A stretch of 64,000 bases of DNA, taken from assembly GCA_043228905.1 (NCBI GenBank), contig JBHGNT010000008.1:5642001-5706000 (forward strand), given 5' to 3'. Position 1 is the stretch's first letter. Every line of letters starts with the position of its first letter. A program made the translations under genes and the position numbers. This stretch comes from Azolla caroliniana. Its lineage: Eukaryota > Plantae > Polypodiophyta. Shown piece after piece: positions 48,792-61,308 of this stretch. Under the pieces are notes generated by a model that saw nothing but the letters and a program-made list of their open reading frames with translations, searched no databases and was not told the DNA's origin.

Positions 48792-49359
48792 CGGTGAGAA
48801 CCGGATGATGACTGCCCTACAAGCGCCGGATCATGCAGGCCCGGTGAAGAGTGATCACTGGATGAAGAGACATATTTGTAAATATGTTTATGAGAGTCCA
48901 TTAGGGCTATATTTGTAAATAGACGAAAAGTCATATTAGTATAAATATGACTTAGGGCAAACAGAGAACAGAGCGGGGTGTTGTCATTCTTGTTGGTGCA
49001 AGATTAGAGCGCAATAGTGTACAGAGAGAGAGAGAGAGAGAAAGAAACGAAAAGGTCATTGCCTGTGTTGTAACCGCCGCCTGTGGCGAAGATCATGAGC
49101 ATGAGGTCGTTGCCTCCGTAAGCTCACTGTTGTAATCTTTGTGATATAGTGATAGTTCACAGTCTGTGGGCTATCGTGGTTTTTTCCCTAGTTTGGGTTT
49201 TCCACGTAAACATCCTGTGTACTCTTTTCTCTCCTCTGTGTCGTGCATTCATTATTCGTTTTTTCTTGTGTTTCGATTTTCGACTCGGTTGTGGCCAAGT
49301 GTGTCAAAAGGGAGCGTGCATTCCTGTCAAAGTGGTATCAGAGCGAGGTTACACAGAAA

Positions 49360-52300
49360 AATGGACGATTTGTTGGGAGGCATGTTCAAGATCACCGGTT
49401 CCAACTATTCGCTGTGGAAGTGGAAGATGAGGGACATGCTCGTGGTTAAAGACCTTTGGCTGCCGGTTTAGTTCGGGGAAAAGAGACCGTACAAAATTGA
49501 CGCCGCGATATGGGAGGTGATGCACATGAAGACAACGGCTTACATACGGTGCTTCATCGACATGAGCCTATACAACAACTTGAATGAAGAGAGCAAGGTT
49601 CATGAGCTCTGGGAGAAGATCAACATTATGTTTCAGAACAAAAATGCTATCAATCAGGTCTTGGTATTTCGGAAGCTAGTAAGACTCCGGTACCAAGATG
49701 GCTCCAGCATAGCGGAGCACATGAATGCCTTCCAGGGGCTGATTCACCAGGCAACATCATTGGAAGTACCTCTCACTGATGAGGTACTAGCGCTACTCCT
49801 GCTCGGTTCCCTCCTAGATAGCTGGGAGACGTTGGTTTTCACTTTGGGCAACGCCGGGCCGGAAGGGAAACGGTTATCCCTAGCAAGAGTGAAGTCGAGC
49901 TTGCTAGATGAGGAGGCGCGTCGGAAAGATAAGGATACGAGCTCCGACTCCAAAGTGCTCCTTACCGAATCGGAACGCGGAGGACATAGAAACCGTAGTT
50001 CCCAGAACCAGGAAAAGTCGGGACACGGTCAAAGTCAAGGGGGAGGCTTACTTGCTTCTATTGCGGCAAGCCGGGACACTTCCAGAAGAATTGTCGGTAT
50101 TTTTGGAAAGACAAGGAAACCGACGGTACCGATTCGAAGCGGATACCAAAACGGAACGGTAAAGACCGGAGGGGAACGAACCGGAAGGAAACGACGGCAA
50201 TCACGGCAGGTGAAGAAGAGTTGATGCTCATCACCGAGGAGAGTGAGATAAACCTTGCAGGAGACGAGATGACTTGGGTGGTAGACTCCGGAGCGTCGTT
50301 CCACGTTACCCCAGATCAAAAATGCTTCTCATCCTACTGAGCCGGTGATCATGGCTGTGTCTGGATGGGGAATGAAGGTACATGCCGGATTGTCGGCATA
50401 GGAGACGTGTGGTTGAGAACACCAACCGGATGCAAGCAACTGCTGAAGGATGTGTGACACGTTCTGAAGGTTCGTCTGAACCTGATATCAGCCGGTCGGC
50501 TAGATGATGAAGGGTACACGGGTAGCATCCGGAACAGTGTTATGAAGTTCAGCAAAGGGAGCCTGATTGGAGAAGTGCACTGATTGTCTGGCCGGTAAGC
50601 AAAACCGGACTTCCTTCGACCAAGGCCACCGATGACACGTAATGCACCACTGGAGTTGGTGCATACGGATGTGTGTTAAGTGGACACAAAGTCACATGCC
50701 GTATCACAATACTTCGTGACATTCATAGATGATCACAACCAGAAGCTGTGGGCCACACCGTTGAAGACGAAGGATCAGGTGTTATCCATGTTCAAAGAGC
50801 TCCACGCGAGAGTGGAAAGAGAAACCGGTCGGAAGCTGAAGGCGGTTCGAGCAGATAACGGAGGCGAATACCGGGGCCAGTTCGTGGAGTACTGTCGCTC
50901 GAAGGGAATCCGGCTCGAATTTACCGTGCCGAAGACGCAGGAACTAAACGGGCTGGCCGAGAGGATGAACCGGACCATAATGGAGAGGGTCCAGAGTATG
51001 CTGGCGCATGCAAAACAACCGGTAAGGAAGTATCCTACCGGCATATGAAGGTATTCAGGTGTCCTGCGTATGTGCATGTAGCTAAGGACCGGAGAGGAAA
51101 ACTAGATCCGAAGACCCGGCCATGCATATTCCTCGGTTACGGCGATGATGAGTTCGGCTACCGAGTGTGGGACATGGTCGACAAGAAGGTATTTCGGAGT
51201 CGAGATATTATCTTCATGGAGGACAAGACGCTTGCAGACTGGGAGTCGGAGAAGAAGATAATGAACTCCGAGTCGACCGGTAAGGATCGATTCTAAGAGG
51301 AGGAGACCCAACCGGCAAGAAACTGGTTAGCACTCGAGGAACCAGCCAGTTACAGTGAGGATACCGAACCGGCAGAAGAAGAAGTAGAGGAAGCTGAAAC
51401 CGGAACCGGCCAAGACCCCGAATCGGATTCGGATGAAGAGCAAATGGAGAGGCCGGTTACCGAAGCCCAAAGACGGAGATATCCTCTCAGAAAGAGAAGG
51501 CCCCCCCGGAGATTTCCGGATGCAGAGCATGTGCTTCTAACTAATGAGGGGGAGCCAGAGAGCTTCGTAGAGGCGAAGGATGATACCCATAGCCGCAAAT
51601 GGTTAAGTGCCATGCAAGATGAGATGGATTCCCTGCATGAGAACCATACATACGAATTGGTGGAGTTGCCGAAAGGAAAGCGGGCACTCCGAAACAAGTG
51701 GGTGTACAAGTTGAAATCGGGAGATGCCGGCAACCCCCCGAGATACAAAGCCAGGATTGTGGTGGAGGGGTTCTAGCAGAAGAAGGGCGTGGACTTCGAC
51801 GAGATATTTGCCCCGGTAGTAAAGATGACCTCCATCCGTATGGTGCTGAGTATAGCGGCAAGCATGGACCTCGAGGTAGAGGAGCTAGACGTGAAGACGA
51901 CATTCCTTCACGGTGACCTCGAAGAGGCGATCTCCATGCAGCAACCGGAAGGATTCGTGGAGAAAGGGAAGGAGCACCTGGTATGCCTGTTGAAGAAGAG
52001 CCTGTACGGACTGAAGCAGGCTCCCCGACAATGGTACCGGAAGTTCGACTCCTTCATGACCGATCAAGGGTATCACAAGACGCAGGCCGATCACTGTGTG
52101 TTTGTGAAGAAGTTCGAAGCAGGTGACTTCCTGATACTCCTTCTGTACATGGACGACATGTTGATCGTCGGACGGGACCAAGCCAAAATACGGATGCTGA
52201 AGAAGGCTCTTAACCGGACCTTCTCAATGAAAGACTTGGGTCCGGCAAGACCGATGCTGGGGATGCATATCATCCGGAACCGGCCAACGAAGCAACTGTG

Positions 52301-53123
52301 GCTGTCACAGGAGAAATACGTGACAAAGGTGCTTCAACGGTTCAACATGTTAGAAGCGAAACCGGTCGGATAAACACTCCCAGCAAACTGCAAATTATCC
52401 GGTAAGCAAAGCCTGAAGACGAAAGCAGAGAAGGTTGATATGATGAAGGTTCCATATGCCTCTGCCATCGGGAGCTTAATGTACGCAATGGTGTGTACTC
52501 GACCAGATATAGGATACGCAGTCGGAGTGGTGAGCCGGTTCATGAGCAATCCTGGCAAGGAGCACTGGAACGCGGTCAAATGGATACTCCGGTACTTCAA
52601 GGGCACTTCGAATATATGTCTCCGATTCGGCTCCGAAAAACCTCAACTTGACGGTTTTACCGATTCGGACATGTCGGCTGATGTGGATACCAACCGGTCT
52701 ACATCCGGGTATGTTATGACATATGCAGGGGGAGCTGTTTCGTGGTAGTCGAGGCTGCAGAAGACAGTTGCGTTGTCAACCACGGAGACGGAGTACATGG
52801 CGGCTGTGGAATCTAGCAAGGAAATATTATGGATGAAGGATGTCATCGGAGAGCTCGGTATCCGGCAAGATGAATACCGGCTCTATTGTGACAGTCAAAG
52901 TGCCATCCACCTTGCTAAGAATGCAGCCTACCATTCCCGGACGAAGCATATCCAGCAAAGGTATCAGTGAATCCGGGAAAGAGTAGATGACCAGGAGTTC
53001 GCGCTGACGAAGATCCACACGGCCGAGAATGGGTCAGATATGCTCACCAAAGTACTGACACCTGACAAGCTGGATGCATGTCGGAAGCGGGTCGGACTAG
53101 TAAGACACCCTATGCCCGAGTGA
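49360..53123 (+). pseudogene. gag-pol: Copia gag-pol pseudogene of element G
   Basis: Fragmented ORFs (49517-50224, 50680-51048, 51789-52373, 52440-52748) closely match copia B pol. Internal deletions near 50570 and 51015. Confidence 0.88.
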
Positions 53124-55955
53124 AGGGGGAGTTTGTTAGGAAACAGGTCCCTCCAGATAAGGAGTACCCTGCTACGGATGACCCGGTAAGAACCGGATGA
53201 TGAAGACCCGGGGAGAACCGGATGATGAGTACCTGACTACGGATGACCCGGTGAGAACCGGATGAGGAGTACCCGGCTTAGGATGAGTGCCCGGCAAGCG
53301 TCGGATCATGTAGGCCCGAAGAAGAGTGATCACCGGATGAAGGGACATATCTGTAAATATGTTTCTGAGAGTCCATCGGGGCTACATTTGTAAATAGCTG
53401 AAAAGTCATATTAGTATAAATATGACTTAGGGCAAACAGAGAACAAAGCGAGGTGTTGTAATTCTTGTTGGCACAAGATTAGAGGGCAATAGTGTACAAA
53501 GAGAGAGAGAGAGAGAGAAAGAAATGAAGAGGTCGTTGTCTGTATTGTAACCGCCGCCTGTGGCGAAGATCGTGAGCATGAGGTCGTTGCCTCCGTGAGC
53601 TCACTGTTGTAATCTTTGTGATATAGTGATAGTTCGCAGTCTATGCGCTGTCGTGGTTTTTTCCCTAGTTTGGGTTTTCCACGTAAACATCCTGTGTACT
53701 CTTTTCTCTCCTCTATGTCATGCATTCATTATCCGTTTTTTTTTGTGTTTCGATTTTAGACTCGGTTGTGGCCGAGTGTGTCAAAAGGGAGCGTGCATTC
53801 CTGTCAAAGTGGTATCAGAGCGAGGTTACACAGAAAAATGGACGATTTGTTGGGAGGCATGTTCAAGATCACCGGTTCCAACTATTCGCTGTGGAAGTGG
53901 AAGATGAGGGACATGCTCGTGGTTAAAGACCTTTGGCTGCCGGTTTAGTTCGGGGAAAAGAGACCAGACAAAATCGACGCCGCGATATGGGAGGTGATGC
54001 ACATGAAGACAACAGCTTACATACGGTGCTTCATCGACATGAGCCTATACAACAACTTGAATGAAGAGAGAAAGGCTTATGAGCTCTGGGAGAAGATCAA
54101 CATTATGTTTCAGAACAAAAATGCTATCAATCAGGTTTCGGTATTTAGGAAGCTAGTAAGACTCCGGTACCAAGATGGCTCCAGCATGGCGGAGCACATG
54201 AATGCCTTCCAGGGGCTGATTCACCACGCAACATCATTGGAAGTACCTCTCGCCGATGAGGTACTAGCGCTACTCCTGCTTGGTTCCCTCCTGGATAGCT
54301 GGGAGACGTTGGTTGTCACTTTGGGCAATGCCGGGCCAGAAGGGAAACGGTTATCCCTAGCAAGAGTGAAGTCGAGCTTGCTCGATGAGGAGGCGCGTTA
54401 GAAAGATAAGGATACGAGCTCCGACTCCAAAGCGCTCCTTACCGAATCGGAACGAGGAAGACACAGAAACCGTAGTCCCCAGAACCGGGAAAAGTTGGGG
54501 ACACGGTCAAAGTCAAGGGGGAGGCCTACTTGCTTCTATTGCGGCAAGCCGGAACACTTCCAGAAGAATTGTCGGTATTTTTGGAAAGACAAGGAAACCG
54601 ACGGTACCGATTCGAAGCGGATACCAGACCGGAATGGTAAAGACCGGAGGGGAACGAACCGGAAGGAAACGACGGCAATCGCGGCAATTGAAGAAGAGTT
54701 GATGCTCATCACCGAGGAGAGTGAGATAAACCTTGCAGGCGACGAGAGGACCTGGGTGGTCGACTCCGGAGCGTCGTTCCACCTTACCCCGGACCGGAAA
54801 TGCTTCTCATCCTACTCAGCCGGTGATCTCCCGGATCGTCCCATCCGGTGACCTCCGGGATCCCCTGTTCCGCGCGGTCTGCCTCTTCCTTCTTCAGCCA
54901 TACTCCGGTGAGACCCTCTAGCACCAGCAACTAGAATCTGAAGTCCTTCGCTTTCTGGGCCTCATCACCCCCGACCCAGATTCCCACTGATGTCGAGTAG
55001 TTAACGGCCTCTGCATGTCGTGTTGTGGCCTCTTCCATCAACCGCTTCATTCTGCCGCGCCCTGTATTCAACTCTAGGGCTTTCCTGGTCTCGCTCGCGT
55101 GCACCCGCCCATTCCAGAGGTACACAACGTTGGTCCTGAGTGCCTCGGCGAAATCCGCACATTCTTTCCGGATGTGGCCGACCGAGTCGCACCACATGCA
55201 CCGCTGCCCCACCGGCGGCCTTCAGTCATGAGACTGTTCACCGTTGTCCCTCTGGGCCTGTGCGATTTGGAGATCTCGCACCATCTGCGACAACTCTTCT
55301 AGAGCCCTGCCTCCGAAGGGACCTTTGACCACTCCGCTCGGGGCTGAGCCCGTCTCAAGTCAACTCCGAGTATCTTACTTCCTAGCTAGTACCGACACCG
55401 GCTCCTCGAGCTCCCTCGTCGGGACCGGCCTTGCCGCCGATGAGCCCTCGTCGTTCCACTCGCGCCGCTTGTCGAAACGACCGCAGACCCTCCTTACCAT
55501 GGCCCAGTCTACCGTGAGCCCTTCATCCGTTTCCAACAGGAGACCCAGCTTCTCCCGGTCCATGGCGTCCACCGAATTGACGAATAGTAGTACTCGGCTT
55601 GTGTTGAGCACGGTCTAGTCCAACGTTGACTGCCGTGTGAACCATTTCTCGAACTCCTGGAGGAGCGCCGACATGTTCCTCCCCTTCCCAGGGCTCTCAA
55701 CCCACGCCATGAAGTCTGGCTTCAATAGCTGAGCCGAGTCATCGAACCCATACATCTCGAGGAGCCGCAACTCGAACTCCTCCCAAGTCTGGTATCCGGC
55801 CAGCACCTCGAGCACCTCTACGTGTCAGGAACTCTATTAAGGCAGAGAAGGAATTAGTACTAAAAGAAGGATTAGTACTATTGTTGGGGAATAGTACTAA
55901 GACAGAGAAGGATTAGTACTATGAGAGGTGTCGAACTTTGAGAGAAGGAATGAGT

Positions 55956-56005
<50 letters not shown>

Positions 56006-56287
56006 TGATGCGAAAGATATATGTATTATATGACGGAAGATATACAACAGTAGTTAGAAGGCTTAAGACTGGCGTTGAACCGATTTGGTTCGAACTAATG
56101 CCTTGCGCCTCCTTTTATAGTGTCTTCAGGAATACTCCTGAAGTTTCTAGAATGTTCCAGAGAAATCTGGAATATACATCAATTTCCTAATAAAACCTAA
56201 ATGAAAATAATATCCTTCAAATTACAACTCATAACCTAATGGTAAAGTCTCGACCCGTGTAACAAAAGGTTATGGGTTCGAGTCTAG

Positions 56288-59200
56288 TTATGACACTATC
56301 CCCCCTTTAAAACGACGAGTTTCACGAGTCGTTTTGGATTGAGGACCCGGTTTCTCGGGATATCGTCGATGGAAGTCTTCTAGAAGAGCACGAGCATTGG
56401 TCACATTCTCGATCGGTTCCCAAGTACGCTCGCTGGGACTATATCCTAGCCAATCGACTAGATAGTAGAGCTTGTTGCGAACAATCTTGGAATCGAGGAT
56501 GGCAGCGACCTCATACTCAGGTCCATCTTCGAGCTCGATAGGAGGTGGAGGTTGTATAGTACGTCCTGGGATAGTGCTCTCGTGATAGGGTTCGAGGAGA
56601 GAACTATGAAACACCGGGTGTATCCGAAGTTGCGGAGGTAGCTCGAGACGAAAAGCGACATCATTAATCTTCCCGATAATACGGAAAGGACCTAATCGTC
56701 GATAATCCAACTTCTCACATGGGCGAGTAGTCTTGATGTGTCGTCGTAGCAGCCACACCCGATCTCCAATGTTAAAACTGGATGGAAGTCGATGACGATC
56801 TGCGTAGTCCTTGTGTGATTGTTGAGCTTGCTGGAGTTGAGTAGATAAATCCGCTTGTATCTTGCGTAACCGCTCCAAACGATCCTCCGCGCAAGGATTT
56901 GTGGACACTTCTGGGGTTTCAAGGACACACCACCGGGGATGATATCCCGTATAAGCGTAGAATGGCGTGACTTTAGTCGATGCGTGGATAGCGTTATTAT
57001 AGGCAAATTCGGCGAACGGAAGAATATCTGCCCAGTCATTCTGATGATAGTTGAGAAAGCACCGCAGATACTGCTCCAGTGTTTGATTTGTTCGTTCGGC
57101 TTGACCGTCGGTTTGTGGGTGGTAGCCGGAGGAGAGGTTACAAGTGACCTTTAGCATTTTAAAAAGGTGCTTCCAGAATTTTGACACAAACTGGGGTCCA
57201 CGATCGCTGATGATATTATCAGGGAGTCCATGATGCCGACATACTTCCCGCATGACAATTTCGGCGGTGTCTTCACTAGATATTTCTTTAGTACATGGTA
57301 AGAAATGAGCCATCTTCGTATATCGATCCACCACTGTGAGAATCGCACTGAATCCCTTAGAGACTGGAAGATCTGTAATGAAGTCAAGAGCAATGGATTG
57401 CCATGGCTTGCTTGGAATTGGTAATGGTTCTAATAAACCATATGGATGATGTCTTGGCATTTTCGCTCTGCAGCATGTATCGCAAGTCCGAACAAAATCT
57501 TCGACAAATTGTCGCATACGGGGCCACCAGAATGATCGTTGTACTAAATCTAATGTTTTAGTACTACCAAAATGTCCTGCTGTATATGTGTCATGGCAGT
57601 TTTGTACTACTCGAAGGCGGCAAGAACCATTAGGAACATACAAAAGTTCTTTAAAGAAGAGTAATCCATCACAGTATTTGAATTGCCGATAATCCGTACC
57701 TGGTGATTGTGATTGTGAACATGACGCTCGAGAGGGGTCAATTTGTGCTAGTATAGCTTGGGCGAAAGCGTCAGTCTTCAAGTCCTCACGTATAGTATTG
57801 GTAATGTCGGAATCCACGGGCATGTCAAAGATCTGTGCTGCTTGCAGTCGTGCTGGACCCAAGATTACTTGCTTCTGGTTATCGAAAGCTGGCTCACCGG
57901 GACGTGGTGTTAGATACGAACGCCGTGATAATGCATCTGCTTTCCCTTGGTGCTTCCCCGGACGATATGTAATTTTGAAGTCGAAGCGTGTGAGGAAATG
58001 GGCCCACCGAGCTTGACGTCGATTCAGTACACGAGCATCTTGAAAGTAGGCAAGGTTCTTGTGGTCACTGAATACAGTGACCTGATGAGGAGATCCCTCC
58101 AGGAAATGCCTCCATTGCATAAAAGAATCAACTATTGCTAATAGCTCTTTATCATGAATTTCGTAGTTGATTTCGGCGGCGTCAAACTTACGGGAGTGGA
58201 AAGCCACAGGATGTAGCTTCTCGTCGTTACCCTGTTGTGACAGAATGCTCCCCAATGCGAAATCCGATGCATCAGCTTCGATAATGAATGGTTTTTCCGG
58301 ATCCACATGACCTAAAATTGGAGCTGATGTAAACGCCTTCTTAAGACTCTCGAAAGCCATGTCCGTCTCTTTAGACCAAATGAATGATTGTCCCTTCCTG
58401 GTGAGCTGTGTGAGAGGCAGCACAATTTTTGAGTAATTTTGTATGAACTTCCGGTAGAAATTTGCAAAGCCTAGGAAGCATTGCACATCCCGCACCGAAC
58501 GCGGAGTGTGTCATTCTATCACCGTTTTGACCTTGGCTGGGTCCATAGATATGCCTTCTGAGGAGATGACATAGCCGAGAAACTCCACTTGGTTGCACCC
58601 GAAACTACATTTCTCTAACTTTGCATACAGACCATGTTCTCGAAGTCGTTTTAGTACTAATAGTACATGAGAATCATGTTCTTCTTGGGTCTTTGAATAA
58701 ACCAGTAGATCATCCAAATAGATGATCAAAAAATCATCCAAGAGGTCTCGAAATATATCATTCGCCATGTGCTGGAAGACTGCCGGCGCATTAGTGAGTC
58801 CGAACGGCATGACCGTATACTCGAAGTGCCCATATCTGGTGCGAAACGCGGTCTTCCATTCATCTCCTGGTCGGATCCGTACGAGGTTATAGGCTCCTCG
58901 TAAGTCGATCTTCGTGAAGAACCTGGCACCGTTGATCCGTTCTAAAAGACTTGAGATAAGGGGAAGAGCATACCTATTTCTTACTGTGACCTTATTCAAG
59001 CCACGGTAATCTACAACGAGTCGAAGCGAGCCATCTTTTTTCTTGACGAAGAAAATGGGTGCGCCGGCTGGAGATTTCGAATGCCGAATGAAACCGTTCT
59101 CCAAATTCTCCTCTATATAGGCTCGAAGGACTTCTAGCTCAGTTGGTGACAAATTGTAGATCGGCCCCCATGGCGGCTCTTTTCCCGGTTGTAAGTCGAT

Positions 59201-59880
59201 GGCGCAGTCGTACGGCCGATGATGAGGAAGTGTGTTGGCTTGTACTTTATCGAACACATCAGCATACTGACGATACTTCTCGGGAAGTTGAACGGTGGAC
59301 TCCTCTTTGGTGATGCTGGAGGGTTGTACTGATATTGCAAAGAGAAACATTTCCTCCTTGCGCCCTTCCTCACGCAACTGACGTAGCGAAATGGTTGCAA
59401 CCTTCTGGGTAGATCCTTGGGTTTGTCGCAACCGGATTTCCCTTGTCCTCCAATCTATGTCTGGGTCATGTAACTCGAACCATGGTAATCCTAAAACTAT
59501 GGGATGTTCTGGAATACTAATAATATTAAATGATACTACACATGTTAAGTTATCTAGGACAATATTAACGGGTTCCGACTCTTCTATGATATTACCAGAA
59601 GCAATGGGACGACCATCAATGACTACTACTGAGGCTGGACATGGGAGCTTTCTGAGAGATATCTGATGAGCTCGGGCAAAATTCCTATCCATGAAGCAAG
59701 AATTAGCTCCGGAATCTAGAAGGGCTAAGGTATGTACTGGAGGGGTACTTTTAGTACTAACTGCTACTTGGACTACGAACACATCACTAACTTGCTTAGA
59801 GGGAATGGAACCACTAATGGGCTGCACAGATCTAGGGCTGTCCAACCAAACGGCTCCTATTTTGGCTGGACTTAGTCGTT
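56288..59880 (-). pseudogene. pol: Pol of element H (protease, RT, RNase H, integrase, chromodomain) with a single TGG>TGA stop at 58511-58513
   Basis: Motifs LLDSGA, YLDD, EADASDFALG, GHFG..CDTC, GPF and EYEVAAILDS...YLVDWLGY...TWEP. Both ORFs are in the same frame. Confidence 0.92.
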
Positions 59881-61041
59881 TAACTCTTCTTCTAATTGGC
59901 TAAGGACATCAAATTTGTTTGCGAGATTCGGACTATTAGTACTATTAGGACTATTATGACTATGAGGATTATCAGAGATTCCTACTGACATAGACTCGGG
60001 TTTAGTATAGTCAGAACTAACAATGACTTGGTTTACCTGCCTTCTTGGTCTATGGGGACAGTTTATCGCGATATGCCCTGGTCCACCGCAATAAAGGCAT
60101 AATCGGTTTGTTCGGCGTCGTTGCTTTTCCTCCTCCGATAGCGGCCCACGACGACGTGTAGTGTCAATTTCCATTGGAGTTGGAGTACTTACTGGAGGCG
60201 CATTATGTGACTCCCTTTGAAAAGGTTTCGCTACCATTGAGGCATAGGTAGGCTCGGATCTTGCCCTCGGCATCTGAAATTGTCGTTCCGAACGTCGCTC
60301 GAAGAGGCGGTTGTCACATCTGACCGCTCGACTGATTGCTTCTGTTAATGATTTTGGCTCTTCAGGGAAAGTCAAGAGTAAATCCTTGACATCGTTGCGT
60401 AGACCATAGCGGAACTGCTCCATCAATGCTTGATCATCCCAGGGGATATCGGCGGCGAGTAGGCGGAAATCTGCAGCATATGCGGAGGCTGGACGGTCAC
60501 CTTGGCGTAATCGCCGGATTTTGTTGATTGCAGTCCTTATGCTGTCAGTATCTCCAAAACATGCTTTAAACTCACTTATGAATTCTTCAAAATTATTTAG
60601 TACTGGAGATTCCTTTTCTAGTAGCGGAGCGAACCATGCTAATGCTGAGCCATTTAACAACGTGCCTACTAAACCCACTCGTGATGCATCGGTGGGATAT
60701 CGGGACGGATGCATTTGAATAACTAACCGTACCTGGTTAAGAAACCCTCTAAACTGCGATCGCGTTCCATCGAACTTCGTGGGAAGGCCAATCTTGGGTT
60801 CTTTATGAATCCCTTGTGCTCCGTGCCCTTGTTGTTGCATTGCTACGATGGTTGCTTCGAGTTGTTGCACGCGTAACGCAAGTTCCCCATGCTGTTGTTG
60901 CGTTTGCTGCTTTTCTAAGGAAATTTGCTGAAGATCCCCCAACAAGCGTTGATTTTCTTGTTCCAAAGCATGAAACTTCTCTTTCAAGCATTGAAATTCC
61001 GAGAAAACGGATTGATACTCTTCAGCGCTAACGGTGGCCAT
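59872..61041 (-). CDS. gag: Gag of element H (PEG10/RTL1-like capsid, CCHC knuckle)
   Basis: Intact 389-aa ORF with LPTKFDG, LRQG, PTPMEID and CLYCGGPGHIAINC. Confidence 0.92.
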   Translation of the reverse strand: MATVSAEEYQSVFSEFQCLKEKFHALEQENQRLLGDLQQISLEKQQTQQQHGELALRVQQLEATIVAMQQQGHGAQGIHKEPKIGLPTKFDGTRSQFRGFLNQVRLVIQMHPSRYPTDASRVGLVGTLLNGSALAWFAPLLEKESPVLNNFEEFISEFKACFGDTDSIRTAINKIRRLRQGDRPASAYAADFRLLAADIPWDDQALMEQFRYGLRNDVKDLLLTFPEEPKSLTEAISRAVRCDNRLFERRSERQFQMPRARSEPTYASMVAKPFQRESHNAPPVSTPTPMEIDTTRRRGPLSEEEKQRRRTNRLCLYCGGPGHIAINCPHRPRRQVNQVIVSSDYTKPESMSVGISDNPHSHNSPNSTNSPNLANKFDVLSQLEEELND

Positions 61042-61262
61042 GGGATGAAGGAAAAGGGAAATAAGAGACTAGTAGGAAAGGAGAGAGACAGAAGGAAGAG
61101 GGAGACTAGTAGGGAAAATCGGTTCAAACTGTCAGGAACTCTATTAAGGCAGAGAAGGAATTAGTACTAAAAGAAGGATTAGTACTATTGTTGGGGAATA
61201 GTACTAAGACAGAGAAGGATTAGTACTATGAGAGGTGTCGAACTTTGAGAGAAGGAATGAGT

Positions 61263-61308
<46 letters not shown>

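Larger units (their letters stand above)
41689..54827 (+). mobile_element. Tandem Ty1/copia G (LTR-internal-LTR-truncated internal), related to copia B
   Basis: 5' LTR 41689-41743 plus 48797-49329, split by F. Met(i) PBS at 49333-49344. Decayed gag-pol at 49360-53123, then PPT, LTR 53134-53806, a second PBS at 53810-53821 and a second gag to ~54827. Confidence 0.9.
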
